A stretch of DNA of 64,000 nt, from positions 16,430,001 through 16,494,000 of the forward strand of contig OX597820.1 in assembly GCA_951406725.2 (NCBI GenBank). The letters run 5' to 3'. The DNA comes from Octopus vulgaris. Taxonomy: Eukaryota. The translations under genes and the position numbers were made by a program. Numbering within the stretch: position 1 is the stretch's first letter; each line of letters starts with the position of its first letter. Of the stretch, positions 1 through 13,528 are shown in pieces. Under the pieces are notes generated by a model. It was not told the origin of the DNA and did not search any database. It was given only the letters and a program-made list of their open reading frames with translations.

Positions 1-269
1 ACTGTAGTTTGGCTGCTATTTCTAGCGTGTAAAGCCATGGTATAGAAATTCTTTTGCCAGTTGAGGGTCTTAGGTTGGACACAAATATATCCAAAATAGA
101 AAATCTTCAGCACATCTCGAGACACGTGTGATTCGAACTAGAAACTTTCTCAGAGTGAGAGAGTCCGGAAGTGAACACTATTGAATTTACATCTAATATA
201 GGATAAAATGTTTCGAAAAAATTCTATCAATGGCCAGCATATTAAAAAATACATTTAAAGGTTAAATTC

Positions 270-423
270 ATAAATAACTTATAAAATAAAGGCAAAAGAA
301 AAATTTAATGCCAAATATGCCGAAAATAGACAAATTGTCAATAACCATTATGACAATTTGTCTATTTTCGGCATATTTGGCATTAGAATTTTTTCTTTTG
401 CCCATATTTTATAAGTTATTTAT
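270..423. repeat. Fold-back inverted repeat (~71 bp arms, 10 nt loop) abutting (TA)n
   Basis: 270-340 is the near-perfect reverse complement of 351-423; (TA)n/(TG)n follows. Confidence 0.9.
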
Positions 424-427
424 ACAC

Positions 428-515
<88 letters not shown>

Positions 516-589
516 CAACAATAATAAGGATTATTAAGAAGTGGCATAGCATTACCTTTAATTCTTTTAATACATATACAGCTTTACAT

Positions 590-675
590 AGACCTACACA
601 TGTTTCAACTGCAACGATTAGTGACAGTTGCAATTGGAACCCTATTATAATACCGGTGCCGTTTCTTCAGGGTCC
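590..675 (-). ncRNA. Type I hammerhead ribozyme (Penelope-like), extended stem II
   Basis: Minus strand GGACC-CTGAAGA-AAC...GTT-GAAA-CATGT-GTA^GGTCT; stem I 5 bp; 57 nt between the core halves; lies between microsatellites. Confidence 0.75.
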
Positions 676-767
676 TTACTTAATATCCTTCGATTTAAAT
701 GTTTAAAGTTTTTCGTTATATCTACTCTACGTTGTATGAAGTAAAGTTCTTCGCTAAGTCATATATA

Positions 768-868
<101 letters not shown>

Positions 869-1299
869 TATATAACTATACATATATATATATATATATA
901 CATACATACATATATATACATACACATACATACATACATACATACATACATACATACATACATACATACATACATACATACATACATGTAAGTATCTAGA
1001 GTGTGGTAAAATTAGTCTAGAGGACTGATACTTTAACAATGGTGTAGGGTGTGTGCTGCCCGGCTGGCCTTTAGGTTGGCTATTCACCCACACTCCACTT
1101 CCGCCCCTATACATGCTTATATGGCAAACCCCCAAAATGCAACTACTATAACAGCGCCCTTCCTCCTCACTTGAATATGCTACTGTATTTTGTACATTCA
1201 TAGATAATAAAAAAACGCTTCTGGGATCAAATATGTATACCAGTGGCGTACGGTGGTCTCTGTATTGGAAAGACTGATGCCTCGTTCGGCCCACACACG

Positions 1300-2360
1300 T
1301 GTCCAAAGTCTGCCAATACATACAACATCTTTTGACCACCAAGTGTTGAGGTGCATCCCTTGATCAAGTTTGCATACATGAAGCTGATAACATCATAAGA
1401 CTTGGAAGGCAGCTCCTTGAGCAACACTCTTTGTCTGATAACCTAAAATATATGCCCAAAGACGTCGCACGACTCTACTGCATCATATCATGAGATGAAA
1501 GGACGAGACTGTATGAGTAGAAGACTAAGCATGGATATGTTAGTAGAAAACTCTTTGATGATAGTAACATTGATTATCAAAGCAGTTTATCATGGACGAA
1601 GAGCCAGATTATTACCTCCCACTTTCAATCCAGGAACAGGAAATATTAACCAAGCACCTGATGCACAAAAGGGATACAGATGCGGGAAAAGCCGTAAAAT
1701 GTGACAACCGATGCAGACTTTGTGGAGTTCACACTAAAGATATCACCCTCATCATAAGCAGTTGTCCGAAAATGTATTATCTACCGATGAGACATGACGT
1801 AGTTAGGACACTCTATGGAGAAATCCGTCGGAAGGATAATCCCGAGAACAAAGAAATAAAACCCCACAATATGGTAGAAGCCATAGCCACTCATAATGAA
1901 AAGGATGTACCAGTAGTGGAATATACCAGTGAAGACCTCAATAAAATGTAAGCACAACAGGCCTGACATAATGATTTGGGATGGAGAAGAGAAACTGTGC
2001 ACAGTTGTGGAAATTAGCTGCCCAGCGGATGCTAATATAAAGCTGAAGATCAGTGAAAAAGAGAACACCTATGCTGAACTGTTGAGAAATCTGCAGTTAC
2101 TCTATCCAGATTACAAGATCAGGTTTATACCTGTAATTATTGGAACCCTGGGATATGTAACACACTGCTTAAATACCAATCTTGAGAAATAAGGCTTCTC
2201 AAAACCAGAATGGAGAAAGCTAATTCGAAGGCTACAGATCCAATCCATCACCGGAACTGTAAAAATTTGTAAAACTTTACAGAAGTTTATCATTTAAATA
2301 TATATAAGCATGTCTAGATATGTAATTCTATGCATGAGAATACATACATAAAACATACAA
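1300..2360 (+). mobile_element. Decayed RLE-type non-LTR retrotransposon (R4/Dong-like), 3' part
   Basis: Frameshifted ORFs with zinc-knuckle-like CRLC...IISSC and restriction-like endonuclease motif NRPDIMIW...VVEISCP...EKENTY...IPVIIGTLG; ends in (TACA)n; boundaries approximate. Confidence 0.8.
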
Positions 2361-2410
2361 ATCTGTACATACATACATACATACATACAGACAGACAGAC
2401 AGGCAGATGG

Positions 2411-2442
<32 letters not shown>

Positions 2443-3079
2443 GCAGACAGACAGACAGACAATGAGACGGACAGAAATGTAAACACGAAAAAGAGTGTTC
2501 AATACATGTAACAATGTTTAATTGAGTACAGTCGATGTTTCACTCCGTAACAATTCGTAGATTCACGGTCGGAAAGATCATTCGCGACATTGGGAAGTGA
2601 ATACTTGCAAACAAGATGGCGGATGAAATTATTACTGATACTCGGCTCTTATTGGTTAGAAGAGATCAGGTGGCGTGCTTCAGTTCAGTTCAGCGTCTTA
2701 CGTTGAGGCTGAAGGCAGCGGAGGAGGAGATAATGAATGTGTGTGTGTGTGTATGTGTGTGTGTGTGTGTGTGTGTGTAGAAGCGCTATGTAGTGATGTG
2801 TATAAAAACAAGCTTGTTACCAGTTCAAGTATGTTTGGGGCATATTTGAACTGTTAACAGGTTTTTATATACGTATATATGTATGAGTATGTGAGTGTGT
2901 CTCTGTGTGTATATGTATATGTGTGTGAGTAAGTATGTATGTATGTATGTACGTACGTATGCATGTATGTACGTTGATATGTATGTTTGTATATATGTGT
3001 GTATGCATATATGTGTGTATGTATATGTGTATGTAAGTACATATGTATGTATGTGTGTTCTGTTTTTATTTAAATTCTT

Positions 3080-3290
3080 CCCCTCTGAGGAAGGAGCTGA
3101 TTTCTAACAAAGATACAATCCTTCTTGCTTGGAATATAAATAATAAAAGCGGTGCCACATTCTAAACTTGAGAAAAGTCTTGCATATTTTTATTGTTCTC
3201 CTTACAGATTGTATTATTTGTATGATGGTTGTCAGGTCACTCTCGAGTTTTACTGGTAACTTGTAACCCATTAGAACATGTGGCATGGTC
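3080..3290 (-). mobile_element. 3' fragment of a related RLE LINE
   Basis: IIQIIQSVRRTIKICKTFLKF resembles the C-terminus QIQSITGTVKICKTLQKF of the 1300-2360 element. Confidence 0.55.
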
Positions 3291-4469
3291 GGATCGTCAG
3301 CGACTAAACCGATAACCCCACCAGGCTTGCTTGGTGAAGAGGGTGATTATTGGACACCCTGTGGGGCGAAAAATAGGGACTGTCAAAGGGCGGAGGAACC
3401 GATGCAAGTCAACGGTCATCAATTTGGGGTCTGCTGTTCGTCAGTTTTGTGGCATACTTGCACCAACTATTGCTGTCAGCAGTACCAAAGAGTGTGAATG
3501 GTCCAACACAAGCCATTACCACTTCAAACGAGTCACTGCTTGGACTGCCCAAAAGATTTGCTTACTCCACACTTTTAGCAAGATTATCCTGAAAATGGAA
3601 AAGAAAATTAGAAAAGAGCTAAATTCTTTGGCACTCACGCGTCGAATTCGACGAGAGGAAGACAGCGACCATTTCATATACTCGTAGAGGTAATATGTTG
3701 CTACTAAGAGTAATTTTGTCTTGAGTTGAGATCGATATTGACCTTTAAATCCAAATAGGAATCAATTGTGTGTATTTTATCGGTGTAACTAGTTATTAGA
3801 AACCCGTTGTAACAACACAATCAACTCGGTTTATACCCTACATAACCTAACCACAGATAAAATAAAGAGATTCGGAGAGCGTCAAGAAAAATTATCGCGA
3901 AGAATAAAGACTTGTTTTTCGGCGATATCTTTCATTGTACTTCTGATAATTATATAGTCAAAAAGAAAGGATGAAAGCAGGATTGAAGTAGAAAGAAGGG
4001 TTAAGGGAAAGTGATAGTGTATTGATAGAAAGATAGTGGATTGATGTGAGAGAAAAAGGAGAGAAATGATAAAACATGTAGGTTATAGAGAGAAAGCGTG
4101 ATTGAAAAGGTAGAGACAAAGAGAGATGTATAGAGATAGGCTGATTGATAGACTGATACTCAGGGGAAGTAAGAAAGAAAAAGGATTAGAAAAGAATAGA
4201 GAGAGAGAATTAAAGCCATAAAAGACAGAAGGTAGGAAGTGAAAGTTGGGACAGAGGATGGTGACTGTATGAAGAAGAGAGTGAGAGAAATTAGAGAGAA
4301 ACAAAGAGTGAAAAAGAATGCGAGAAAGAAGGAGGAGATGAGAACCGCTGGAATATGGAATTAAACGGAGAAGTGTTTGAACCGAATCAAAGAGAATGGT
4401 TTGTGTGTTTATGTGCGTGTATGACTTGGTTTACGTGTGTGTATGTATGCATGTGTGTGTGTATACATA

Positions 4470-5104
<635 letters not shown>

Positions 5105-6107
5105 TCGGTTTAATAAGGTGTATGGCCGTTGCATGCACGCACGCGTGTTCATACATGTGTATTTGAGGAATTTGTGTGCGTACATATAATGCGTGCGTAC
5201 ATATAACTCTGTGTGTGTATGCGCGTGCGTATGCGTGTGTGTTCGTGCGCGCGTGTGTGTGCGTGTGTGCGTGTGTGGATCGATTTACATTGAGAATTAG
5301 CATTGTGTGTGTGTGTGTGTGTGTGTGTTTGTTTTATGTAACTTGGAAACACTAGAAAACATTAGCGAAGTGATGCATTTTTATTACAATGCAAACACTT
5401 CTTGTTTGAAACTTTGCACCGAACAATACCTGTTGGAGTCTAGCAATTTCCTGGACAGAATGAATAGTGTTTGGTTTATAGATTCCTTATTTTTCTTCCT
5501 TTATTCTTTTCTTCTTCCATTTAGATATCCTTTTTTTTATTTCATTTAGCTATTTTTTACTCATTCAGCATTTTCCGTTCTTTTTCTTTTTTTAAAACTT
5601 TCTTGCATTTTTTTTTCTCTTTTATCGTTTATATCCTTTTTTATCTTCCAATTTAGCACTATTTCTTAGTATATTTATTTGTTCTTTCATACCCGTTTTT
5701 CTTTTTTTTTTTCGGTTACCTGGTTGTTTTCGTAGAAATAACTTCAATGCTAGTTGTAAACGAGCGATAGACATTTGAAACCAAACCTGCCAAAGCAAGA
5801 TATACAAATATAGGTCTATCAAATACCATACAACATAAATTCTTGTTTTATTAAAATCGTTCCTGCCTGTAGAAACTGTACAATAATTAACAAGAGGTAA
5901 AGCCATTCTGAGTTATTATTCTGAGCTCATTTTACTTCAAAATTATGCCAACTACCAATGCAACTCGTATTCAAATCCAAGATTTGCTTCGTTGATCATA
6001 GGCGAAAAGAGGTAATTTAGTTGACTTAGATCTAATGGGTAGCGCTTAGAATAGCTCCCTACTAGTAGAACTCCTATCACAATAAGCTAATGAGACACAT
6101 TAATGTT

Positions 6108-6535
6108 TGGGGCTGCTGAAAAGTTCCTGGTTTGGGGTAAAAGAGGATCAGTTAACTGTGATTTTATTCAATATATTCCGCTCTCAGATTCACACACGTA
6201 TTGCAGCGGTCCTTCAGTTTTCTAAGTCTTGTAAAAGAACTCAGAATGTTGGGGCTCCAGACAGGCCTTTCGCGATACCCTTAACTTTTCAGCACCCTTT
6301 CGTGTACACACACACAGGAGAGGGTGCTGGAAGGTTACTGGCTTTGGATAAAAGAAAAATACAGGAGGATCAGTTACTTATGATTTTATTCAACATGTTC
6401 CCCTCCCAGATTCACACACTTATTACAGCGGTCCTTCAGTTTTTCTAAGCCCTTAAAAGACCTCGGAAGGTTTGGCCTCTACCCAGGCCTTTCGTGAAAC
6501 CCTTAAATTCAGGAACTTTTCAGCAACCCCTCGTA
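6108..6535. mobile_element. Two tandem mariner-like MITEs
   Basis: TIR-like GGGGCTGCTGAAAAGTTCCTGG ... CAGGAACTTTTCAGCAACCCCTCGTA; internal sequence duplicated. Confidence 0.6.
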
Positions 6536-6764
6536 TGCATTGCTAAAAATCAATCCACGCCCTTTTCATGTCACTTTTGCCTATGATATTGGTTTCAAAT
6601 TCTAGCCCAAGACCTGTAAATTGGAGTAAGGATAATTTGGGGTAGAGATAAACCCAGTGCTCAACTGATACTTATATTATCGATCCCGAAATGATGAAAG
6701 TCAACTTCGGCGGAAATTGAGCACAATTTTGCCTGAGGTATTGCTATTCAGAAAATATCTTTAG

Positions 6765-7039
6765 TTGTTTCGATTTGCGGCCATACTAGGACACTGCTTT
6801 GAATGGTTTATTAATCAAATAGTTCGCTTTTTTTTTTTCTAAGTTTGGTACTTATTCTGTCTGATTCTTTTATCGAAACGGTAAGTTACGTGGACGTAAA
6901 CAAACCAACATCGGTTGTCAAGCGGCGTCGGGGAACAAACATAAACACATACACGCACGCATGCACACGCATATACACACACACATATACAGAGACACAG
7001 ACAGACATATACATATACATACAGATAGACAGACCGACT

Positions 7040-7113
<74 letters not shown>

Positions 7114-7252
7114 CATACAGTGGGTTTTCGCACACGGTTTCCGTCTACCAAATTCACTCACAAGGCATTATTCGGCCCGGGGTTAGAGTAGAAGATACTT
7201 GCCCAAGGTACCACGCAGTGGAACCGAACTACATAGTCGCAAAGCGAGTTTC
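6765..7252 (-). mobile_element. SINE family A (tRNA-derived, internal microsatellite)
   Basis: Reverse-complement match to copies at 22259 and 54165; boundaries approximate. Confidence 0.75.
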
Positions 7253-7321
7253 GTATGCTGCAGACATGTGTATACATACATATATATATATATATATATA
7301 AAGAGAGGGGCGGGTGGAAAA

Positions 7322-7390
7322 CAAAGCAGGAGGGTTTGTTCATAAAATATTTAGTAACTAAATATTTTATGAACAAACCCGCCTGCTTTG
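7322..7390. repeat. Short palindrome between (TA)n tracts
   Basis: CAAAGCAGG-AGGGTTTGTTCATAAAATATTTAGT/ACTAAATATTTTATGAACAAACCC-GCCTGCTTTG. Confidence 0.85.
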
Positions 7391-7588
7391 CTTCGCCTTG
7401 TATATATATATATATATATTCTATGATCGATCCAACTGTGAGAGTTCAACAAAATGAAACTCAGACCATTGTACGAGGTCTCGTCTTGGATATACAGGAA
7501 TACACATCGTCAGTAGTTGCTATTTCGATCTGGTTAAATCTTTTCAGTACAAAAAAAAAGCGTTCATCAATTACATTATATTATTTTA

Positions 7589-7978
7589 CTAGCAGTATCT
7601 CCCGGCGTTGCTCGGGTTTTTTTCGATCCTTTAGAATTGGAATTTTTGAAAAGTAAAAATTTTGCATCATGTAGCTTGTTATTCTCTTTAAGTGGACATT
7701 TTTCTGGTTGAAATACACCGAAAAATGGCGACACAGCAGTAAAAAAAATCGTAAAAAATATGGATTTCCATAGAAAAAAAGCACGTTTTTGGTGTAAATA
7801 ATTCTTGGTGTTAACATGGTCCGATTTGATTTTTTTCTTCTACAGAAGGAAGAGCAAGTCTTCTATCATAGTCTCAATTTTGGTCAACTTGCGCCGCAGG
7901 GTTTCGGAGGAGATAGGGTTAGTTGAAGGCTACCAAACCAGCCATACACAGACAACTTCAGTTTTATATAGAGAGAGA
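7589..7978 (-). mobile_element. Non-autonomous Helitron
   Basis: Minus strand starts TC and ends with hairpin CCCGAGCAACGCCGGG then CTAG; inserted between A and T. Confidence 0.7.
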
Positions 7979-8225
7979 TTACGAAAGGAATGAGAAAATG
8001 GAGTAAATATTTGGGCGAAGAGAAAGTTAGGGAAGATATATGATGAAGGCATAACACTAGGAGGATGTCGTTCTGTTTTTTTTTTTCTTTCTCCTTCTAG
8101 CACATAGGTCTTTAGTTATGTATAATGAGAGAGGGAGAGAAATTAAGCACTCCGTGGTTTTTCCTCCACGTGGAAATACCTTTTGCAGATACAGAATTAA
8201 GTACAGATGCAGCTTTGTCGTAGGC

Positions 8226-8791
8226 CAGTGCTCTGCGACAGGTATTCCGCGGAACCCTGGTGTGTCACGAGTCGATGCTAGGTGTGCCGCAGTGTAACCT
8301 GAATATAATTTTGACCTCCACCTTAGCGAAGACGGAGGTATTGTTTCAGTCGCGTTTGTTTGTTTGTTTGTGGACAAGATATCTCAAGAACCGCTGGATG
8401 GATTCAGATGAAACTTTCAGGGATGTTTGGCCTTGTGGCTAGCACGAACTGATTAGATTTTGGGATCGATCAAGTACCGGACAAGGATTCTGGATTATTT
8501 TCCGGGGGGTTTTTGTTTGTTTGTTTTCACTTAATTTGTGAGAGCAGTCGGGTTCATTTTTAGTATTCTCGTTTGTGAGAAAAGTCGAGTTTATTTCAGA
8601 TATTCTCATTTTAAAAATCACTTCTGGCTAATCGTTGAGAGGACGTTAGTGTTGCCTTGGCGGAGGTTTGCGCTCTCTGAGTGCTCTTGTTTTCCCTATA
8701 CTTTTAGTTATATTTTTATAGTTCCGGCGTGCCGCCGAATTTTGAAAAGAATATAAGTGTACCGCAAGTGAAAAAAGGTTGCGGGACACTG
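8226..8791. mobile_element. hAT-like MITE with nested Helentron/DINE-like element (~8312-8690)
   Basis: CAGTG...CACTG termini; 8-bp TSD TCGTAGGC/TGGTAGGC; nested ACCTCC/GGAGGT subterminal repeats and 3' hairpin GCGCTCTCTGAGTGC. Confidence 0.6.
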
Positions 8792-9026
8792 TGGTAGGCT
8801 ACACTTCAGTTATGCCGTAAGAAGGAGGATATGTTTAGTTCTAGTTATTCTCAGTGATGTGTGTGTTGCACCCACGTCCGTTCGTACCTACCTGGGTAAC
8901 GGTTTACTCAGTCATGAATGTTCACAACTAAACAGCATATATTACCATCTGGGGATCATTGGTTCGATAAAAATGTTTGGTGGTATTGTAAGCTCTTGGT
9001 TTATTGGTTACTCCCTTCTTTTTCAG

Positions 9027-9420
9027 TGAAGGCGCATGGTTCTGTGGTTAGAGTGTCGGGCTCACAATCAAGAGGTAGTGAGTTCGATTCTCGGACCGGG
9101 CTGCATATTGCGTTCTTGGGCAAGACACTTTATTTCACGTTGCTCCAGTTCACTCAGCTGTGGAAATGAGTTGTGACGTTACTGGTGCCAAGCTCTCTTG
9201 GCCTTTGCTTTTCTCTTGGATAACACTGGTGGCATGGAGAGGGGAGGCCGGTATGCATGGGTGACGCTGGTCTTCCATAAACAACCTTGCCTGGACTTGT
9301 CCCTCAGAGGGTGACTTTCTGGGTGCAATCTCATGGTCATTCATGACCGAAGAGCCTTCTTCTTCTTCTTCTTCTTCTTCTTCTTCTTCTTCTTCTTCTT
9401 CTTCTTCTTCTTCTTCTTCA
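9027..9420 (+). mobile_element. tRNA-derived SINE with (TTC)n tail
   Basis: A-box/B-box head (GTGGTTAGAG, GGTAGTGAGTTCGATTC); body shared with 11275-11470. Confidence 0.75.
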
Positions 9421-9769
9421 TCATCATCATGATCACCGTCGTCGTCGTTATCATCATCATCGTCATCGTCGTCAACATCAACGTCATCATCGTCATCGTC
9501 AACAATAACAAAAACAACAACAAAAACAACGACAACAGCAATAACAACAACAAGACAATGAACTAAAATCAAACAAAGGAACGTAAATCGATATCCAGGG
9601 CCGAAGATATTTTCAGGACCGGATAGCGTATCCTTTATCTCGTCTTGGAGGGAATGAGACTATTGGGCGCAGCTGCTTGGATGTAGATGATTTGGCGCGG
9701 CTGACGGGACATTCAGCCTGTCGTGGTAACGGTACTTTGTGCATGCGCAGAAATATACACATACGGAGT

Positions 9770-10050
9770 TTTTGTTCCTTCTCGAGCCATACCTGGCTCT
9801 TAAGGGCCGGTTTTCCGGTTTCCTTGGCGTATAGGTTCCCCACCTGGACGGGACGCCGGTCCGTCGCAGGTGAGCCGCAAGATGCAGGAGGAAAGAGTGA
9901 GAGAAAGTTGTGGCGAAAGAGTCAGCAGAAGTTCGCCATTACCTTCTGCCGGAGCCGCGTGGAGCTTAGGTGTTTCGATCATAAACACACACATCGCCCA
10001 GTTTGAGATTTGAACCCGCGATCCCTCGACTGCAAGTCCGCTGCTCTAGC
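9770..10050 (-). mobile_element. tRNA-derived SINE (family C variant)
   Basis: Near-identical to 44905-45193; tRNA-like head at the right end. Confidence 0.8.
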
Positions 10051-11274
10051 CACAAGGCCATGTGCCTCCACACACACATACGGAGTGTATGCGTGTGTGA
10101 GAGAAAGGGAGATAGTGAGAGAGAAAAGAGGGAGGGAGATAGTGAGAGAGAAAAGAGGGAGGGAGACACGTTACACGTGCAAACATTTCTAGATGCATAC
10201 ATACATAAACAGAGAGAAAGAGGAAGAGGAAGAGAGGGAAGGTAAGAGAAAGAGAGACAAAGAAATAAAGAGAAAGAGAGTGAGAGGACAGAGAGAGAGA
10301 AAAACACTACAGTTTATTCATTGAACAATTACCCTCCCCTCCTCATACACACAAAAAGAGTTAAGTACACACGCAGAAGCAGAGAGAGGTGGCTTGGGAC
10401 AGAACAAGAGAAACATTAAAACGCCATGTCAAATAAGTCAGCATCGAATCAACGGCGCCAAGTAGGTGGCGCCGAAACGGCTGTAGCAAAATACTTCAGA
10501 CCCTTCTATGTTTTATGTTCGACGTGCCAGAGTTAACAGCCAAATCTTCCCTCAACTCAAACATATATCGTTCGGAGCAATAACTATACAGATCTCTCTT
10601 GGTCGATCGTGTAACTACTTGCGTTCTATGGGTTTTATCGATCAGAGCCCGACCTGGAACTACGCTACGATTCGTACAAAGAATTAATGAAACGTATGGT
10701 TATTGCGTTAAGGTCACATCAGAAATATTAATCGGTTTTTTGTTGGGTTTTTTTTGTATTTTTTTTTCTGGAAGATTTGCTTGTTGATCGTCATTGTCAA
10801 CTTCCAATTTCAACGATTTGTCATTGTTAGTTTAGTCAATCGAGCGTTTCAGAAAATGTTTAGAACGAACTGGAAGCAGTTCTCCTTCACTCTTCACTGG
10901 CTGCTCATCCATGGGAATTATCTGGCAGGAGATAATACTGATTCAGATGAGATCAGTCACGCAGTCAACCAAATCGATTATGGAAGTTCTTTTGTGGTCA
11001 CTTTGAGATAAATAACGCCAGGAAAAAGAAGGAAAAAAACACTGTCAATTCGCGCAAAAAAAAGGTGTGAAATGAGAACGATAAAAGTAGAATAAGGTGG
11101 AGAAATAAAAGATACCTGTTCGATATATATTGATTCTGACTCTTGGACAGAAGAAGTGAAGATAGTGTAATGGATGAAGCGGGTGGTCGATAGGAACAAG
11201 TGCAGCAGGCGTGAAGCATTGTCGTTGTCATCGTCGTCGTCGTTGTTGTAGTTGCTGTCTTCCTTTTCTGTAAA

Positions 11275-11467
11275 AGTGAGTTGTGACGTCACTGGTACCA
11301 AGCTGTATCGGCCCCTTTGCCTTTCCCTTGGATAACACTGAGGGCGTAGAGAGGGAAGGCTGGTATGTATAGGTGACTGATGGCCTTCCATAAACAACCT
11401 TGCCCGGACTTGTGCCTCGGAGGGTGACTTTCTGGGTGCAATGCCATGGTCATTCATGGCCGAAGGG

Positions 11468-11498
<31 letters not shown>

Positions 11499-11780
11499 CT
11501 TCTTCTTCTTCTTCTTCTTCTTCTTCTTCTTCTTCTCCTTCATCTTCTCCTTCTTCTTCTCCTCCTCTTCTTCTTCTTCTTCTTCTTCTCCTCCTCCTCC
11601 TCTTCTTCTTCTCGTCCGCCTCCTCCTCCTCCTCCTCCTCTTCTTCTCGTCCGCCTCCTCCTCCTCCTCCTTCTTCTTCTTCTTCTTCTAATTCTTCTTC
11701 TTCTTCTTCTTCTTCTTCTTCTTCTTCTTCTTCTTCTTCTTCTTCTTCTCCTTCTTCTTCTTCTTCTTCTCCTTCTTCCA
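11275..11780 (+). mobile_element. 5'-truncated SINE with expanded (TTC/CTC)n tail
   Basis: Homologous to 9165-9355, followed by ~310 bp of trinucleotide repeat. Confidence 0.75.
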
Positions 11781-12084
11781 ATCAGGACTCGCACCATTAG
11801 CCACAAAGAATAATCTCTAATTCGAGCCTACTCTAAGCTACAAAGAATGCGTGTGACAACTTGAAGATCCACGCACCACACGCGATAGAATGGCGGTTGC
11901 ACGGGTGCGAAAGCTACGTTGTTATCCGCATCCCGCAAACGGTGGCTTTTAACGGGTGGAGAGCTGAACCATCCTGGGGTAGAGAGGATTCGCAATCTAG
12001 ACTAGGGTCTGAAAGTTTTATCACACCATAGTGGGCTACACCATGGTTCCTCTGCTTTGTGGCAGAAGTGGGAAGAAAGAGTGA

Positions 12085-12265
12085 AAGTTGTGGTGAAAGA
12101 GTACAGCAGGGTTCACCCCGCCACACACACACACACCTCGCCGGAGCATCGTGAAGCTTAGGTATTTTTGCTCAATAAACATTCACAATGCCCGGTCTGG
12201 GAATCGAAACCGCGTTCTTACGACCGCTAGTCCGCTGCCCTAACTACTGTGCCATTGCGCCTCCA
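12085..12265 (-). mobile_element. SINE family C (tRNA-Arg-like head TGGAGGCGCAATGG)
   Basis: Matches copies at 42471 and 53250. Confidence 0.7.
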
Positions 12266-12319
12266 CTGTAGTTGCTGTTCTTGTTCTTCCGCCTCAGGCC
12301 AACCCTTATTCTGTTAGGA

Positions 12320-12642
12320 AAATCGTTAACACGCCGGTCTTAATGCTCAGTAACATTTCATCCGTCTCCACGTTCTGAGTTCAAATTCCACCGAGGTCGA
12401 CTTTGCCTTTCATCCTTTAGGGGTCAACAAAATAAATACCAGTCGAGTACTAGGTCGATGTAATCGACTAATCCCCCCTCCCCTAAAATGTCAGGCATTT
12501 TGTCTATATTAGAAAATATTATTATTATCATTACTATTATCATCATTATTATTATTATTATCATCATCATCATCATCATTTATTATTATTATTATCATCA
12601 TCATCATCATCATCATCATTATTATTATTATTATTATTATTA

Positions 12643-12727
<85 letters not shown>

Positions 12728-13520
12728 CAGCAGCAGCAGTAGTAGCAGTAGTAGTAGTAAAGCGGCGAGCTGGCAGAATTGTTAGCATGCCGGACAAAAT
12801 GCTAAGCAGCATTTCTTTCGGTTTTACGACCGAGTTCAAATTCCGTCGAGTTCAAATTCTGAAGATCAATGAGATAAGAAGAGTTAAACACTGCGGACCA
12901 ATGTAATCGACTAGCCCCCCACCCCTCTGCCAAACTTTCATGTCTTGCGCCTATAGTAAAAAGGGCTATTGTTGTTGTTGTTGTTGTTGTTGTTAAGGTG
13001 TGGAGCGGGCAGAATTGTTAGTGCATCGAACAAAATGCTTCGTAAGGTATTGGAAGAAAGCACGTTCTGAGTTCAAATTCCTCTGGTGTTTTCACAACTT
13101 GCGAAATAAACACAGCGATGTCACTCGGCACATTGCCTCATGAGGGTCGCTGCCAGCTTTCATTGCGCATGCAACCGTGTGCTGCCGTCTGTTGGCGCGC
13201 TACAGAATGAGTCCTGGAACTTTTTTGATACCACCTCGTACAGGCATTTCTTCCGACGCCTTACATCCTGCGTTCAAATTCCACTGATGCTAAATTTTCC
13301 CTTCATCCTTTCAGTGGGGGCAATAAAATAATTATCAATCAATTACTGGGGTCAATGTGTTTAACTAACACTCACCCCACAAAATTTCAGACCTTGTACA
13401 AATCCTGTTGAGGTCAACTTTTCCTTTCATCCTTTCGCGATCAACCAGTCACGTGCTAGGGTCGATATAATCGAAAATCCTCTCCCACTAAACTTGCGAG
13501 CCTTGTGGCAAAATTTGAAA
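12320..13520 (+). mobile_element. Cluster of SINE family B copies separated by (ATT/TAG/GTT)n
   Basis: Repeated GTTCTGAGTTCAAATTCC..GAGGTCGACTTTGCCTTTCATCCTTT core. Confidence 0.7.
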
Positions 13521-13528
13521 CCATTATG

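Noticed and set aside
2528-2592. Hammerhead on the minus strand (also at 116-160)
   Set aside because: The core is too degenerate to separate from chance
5720-5786. VWFQ after an acceptor as a homeobox exon
   Set aside because: The following residues (MSIARLQ) lack the invariant N and the RR.K.K basic motif
9617-9730. GC-richer segment DRIAYPLSRLGGNE... as an exon
   Set aside because: No polypyrimidine tract and no recognisable family
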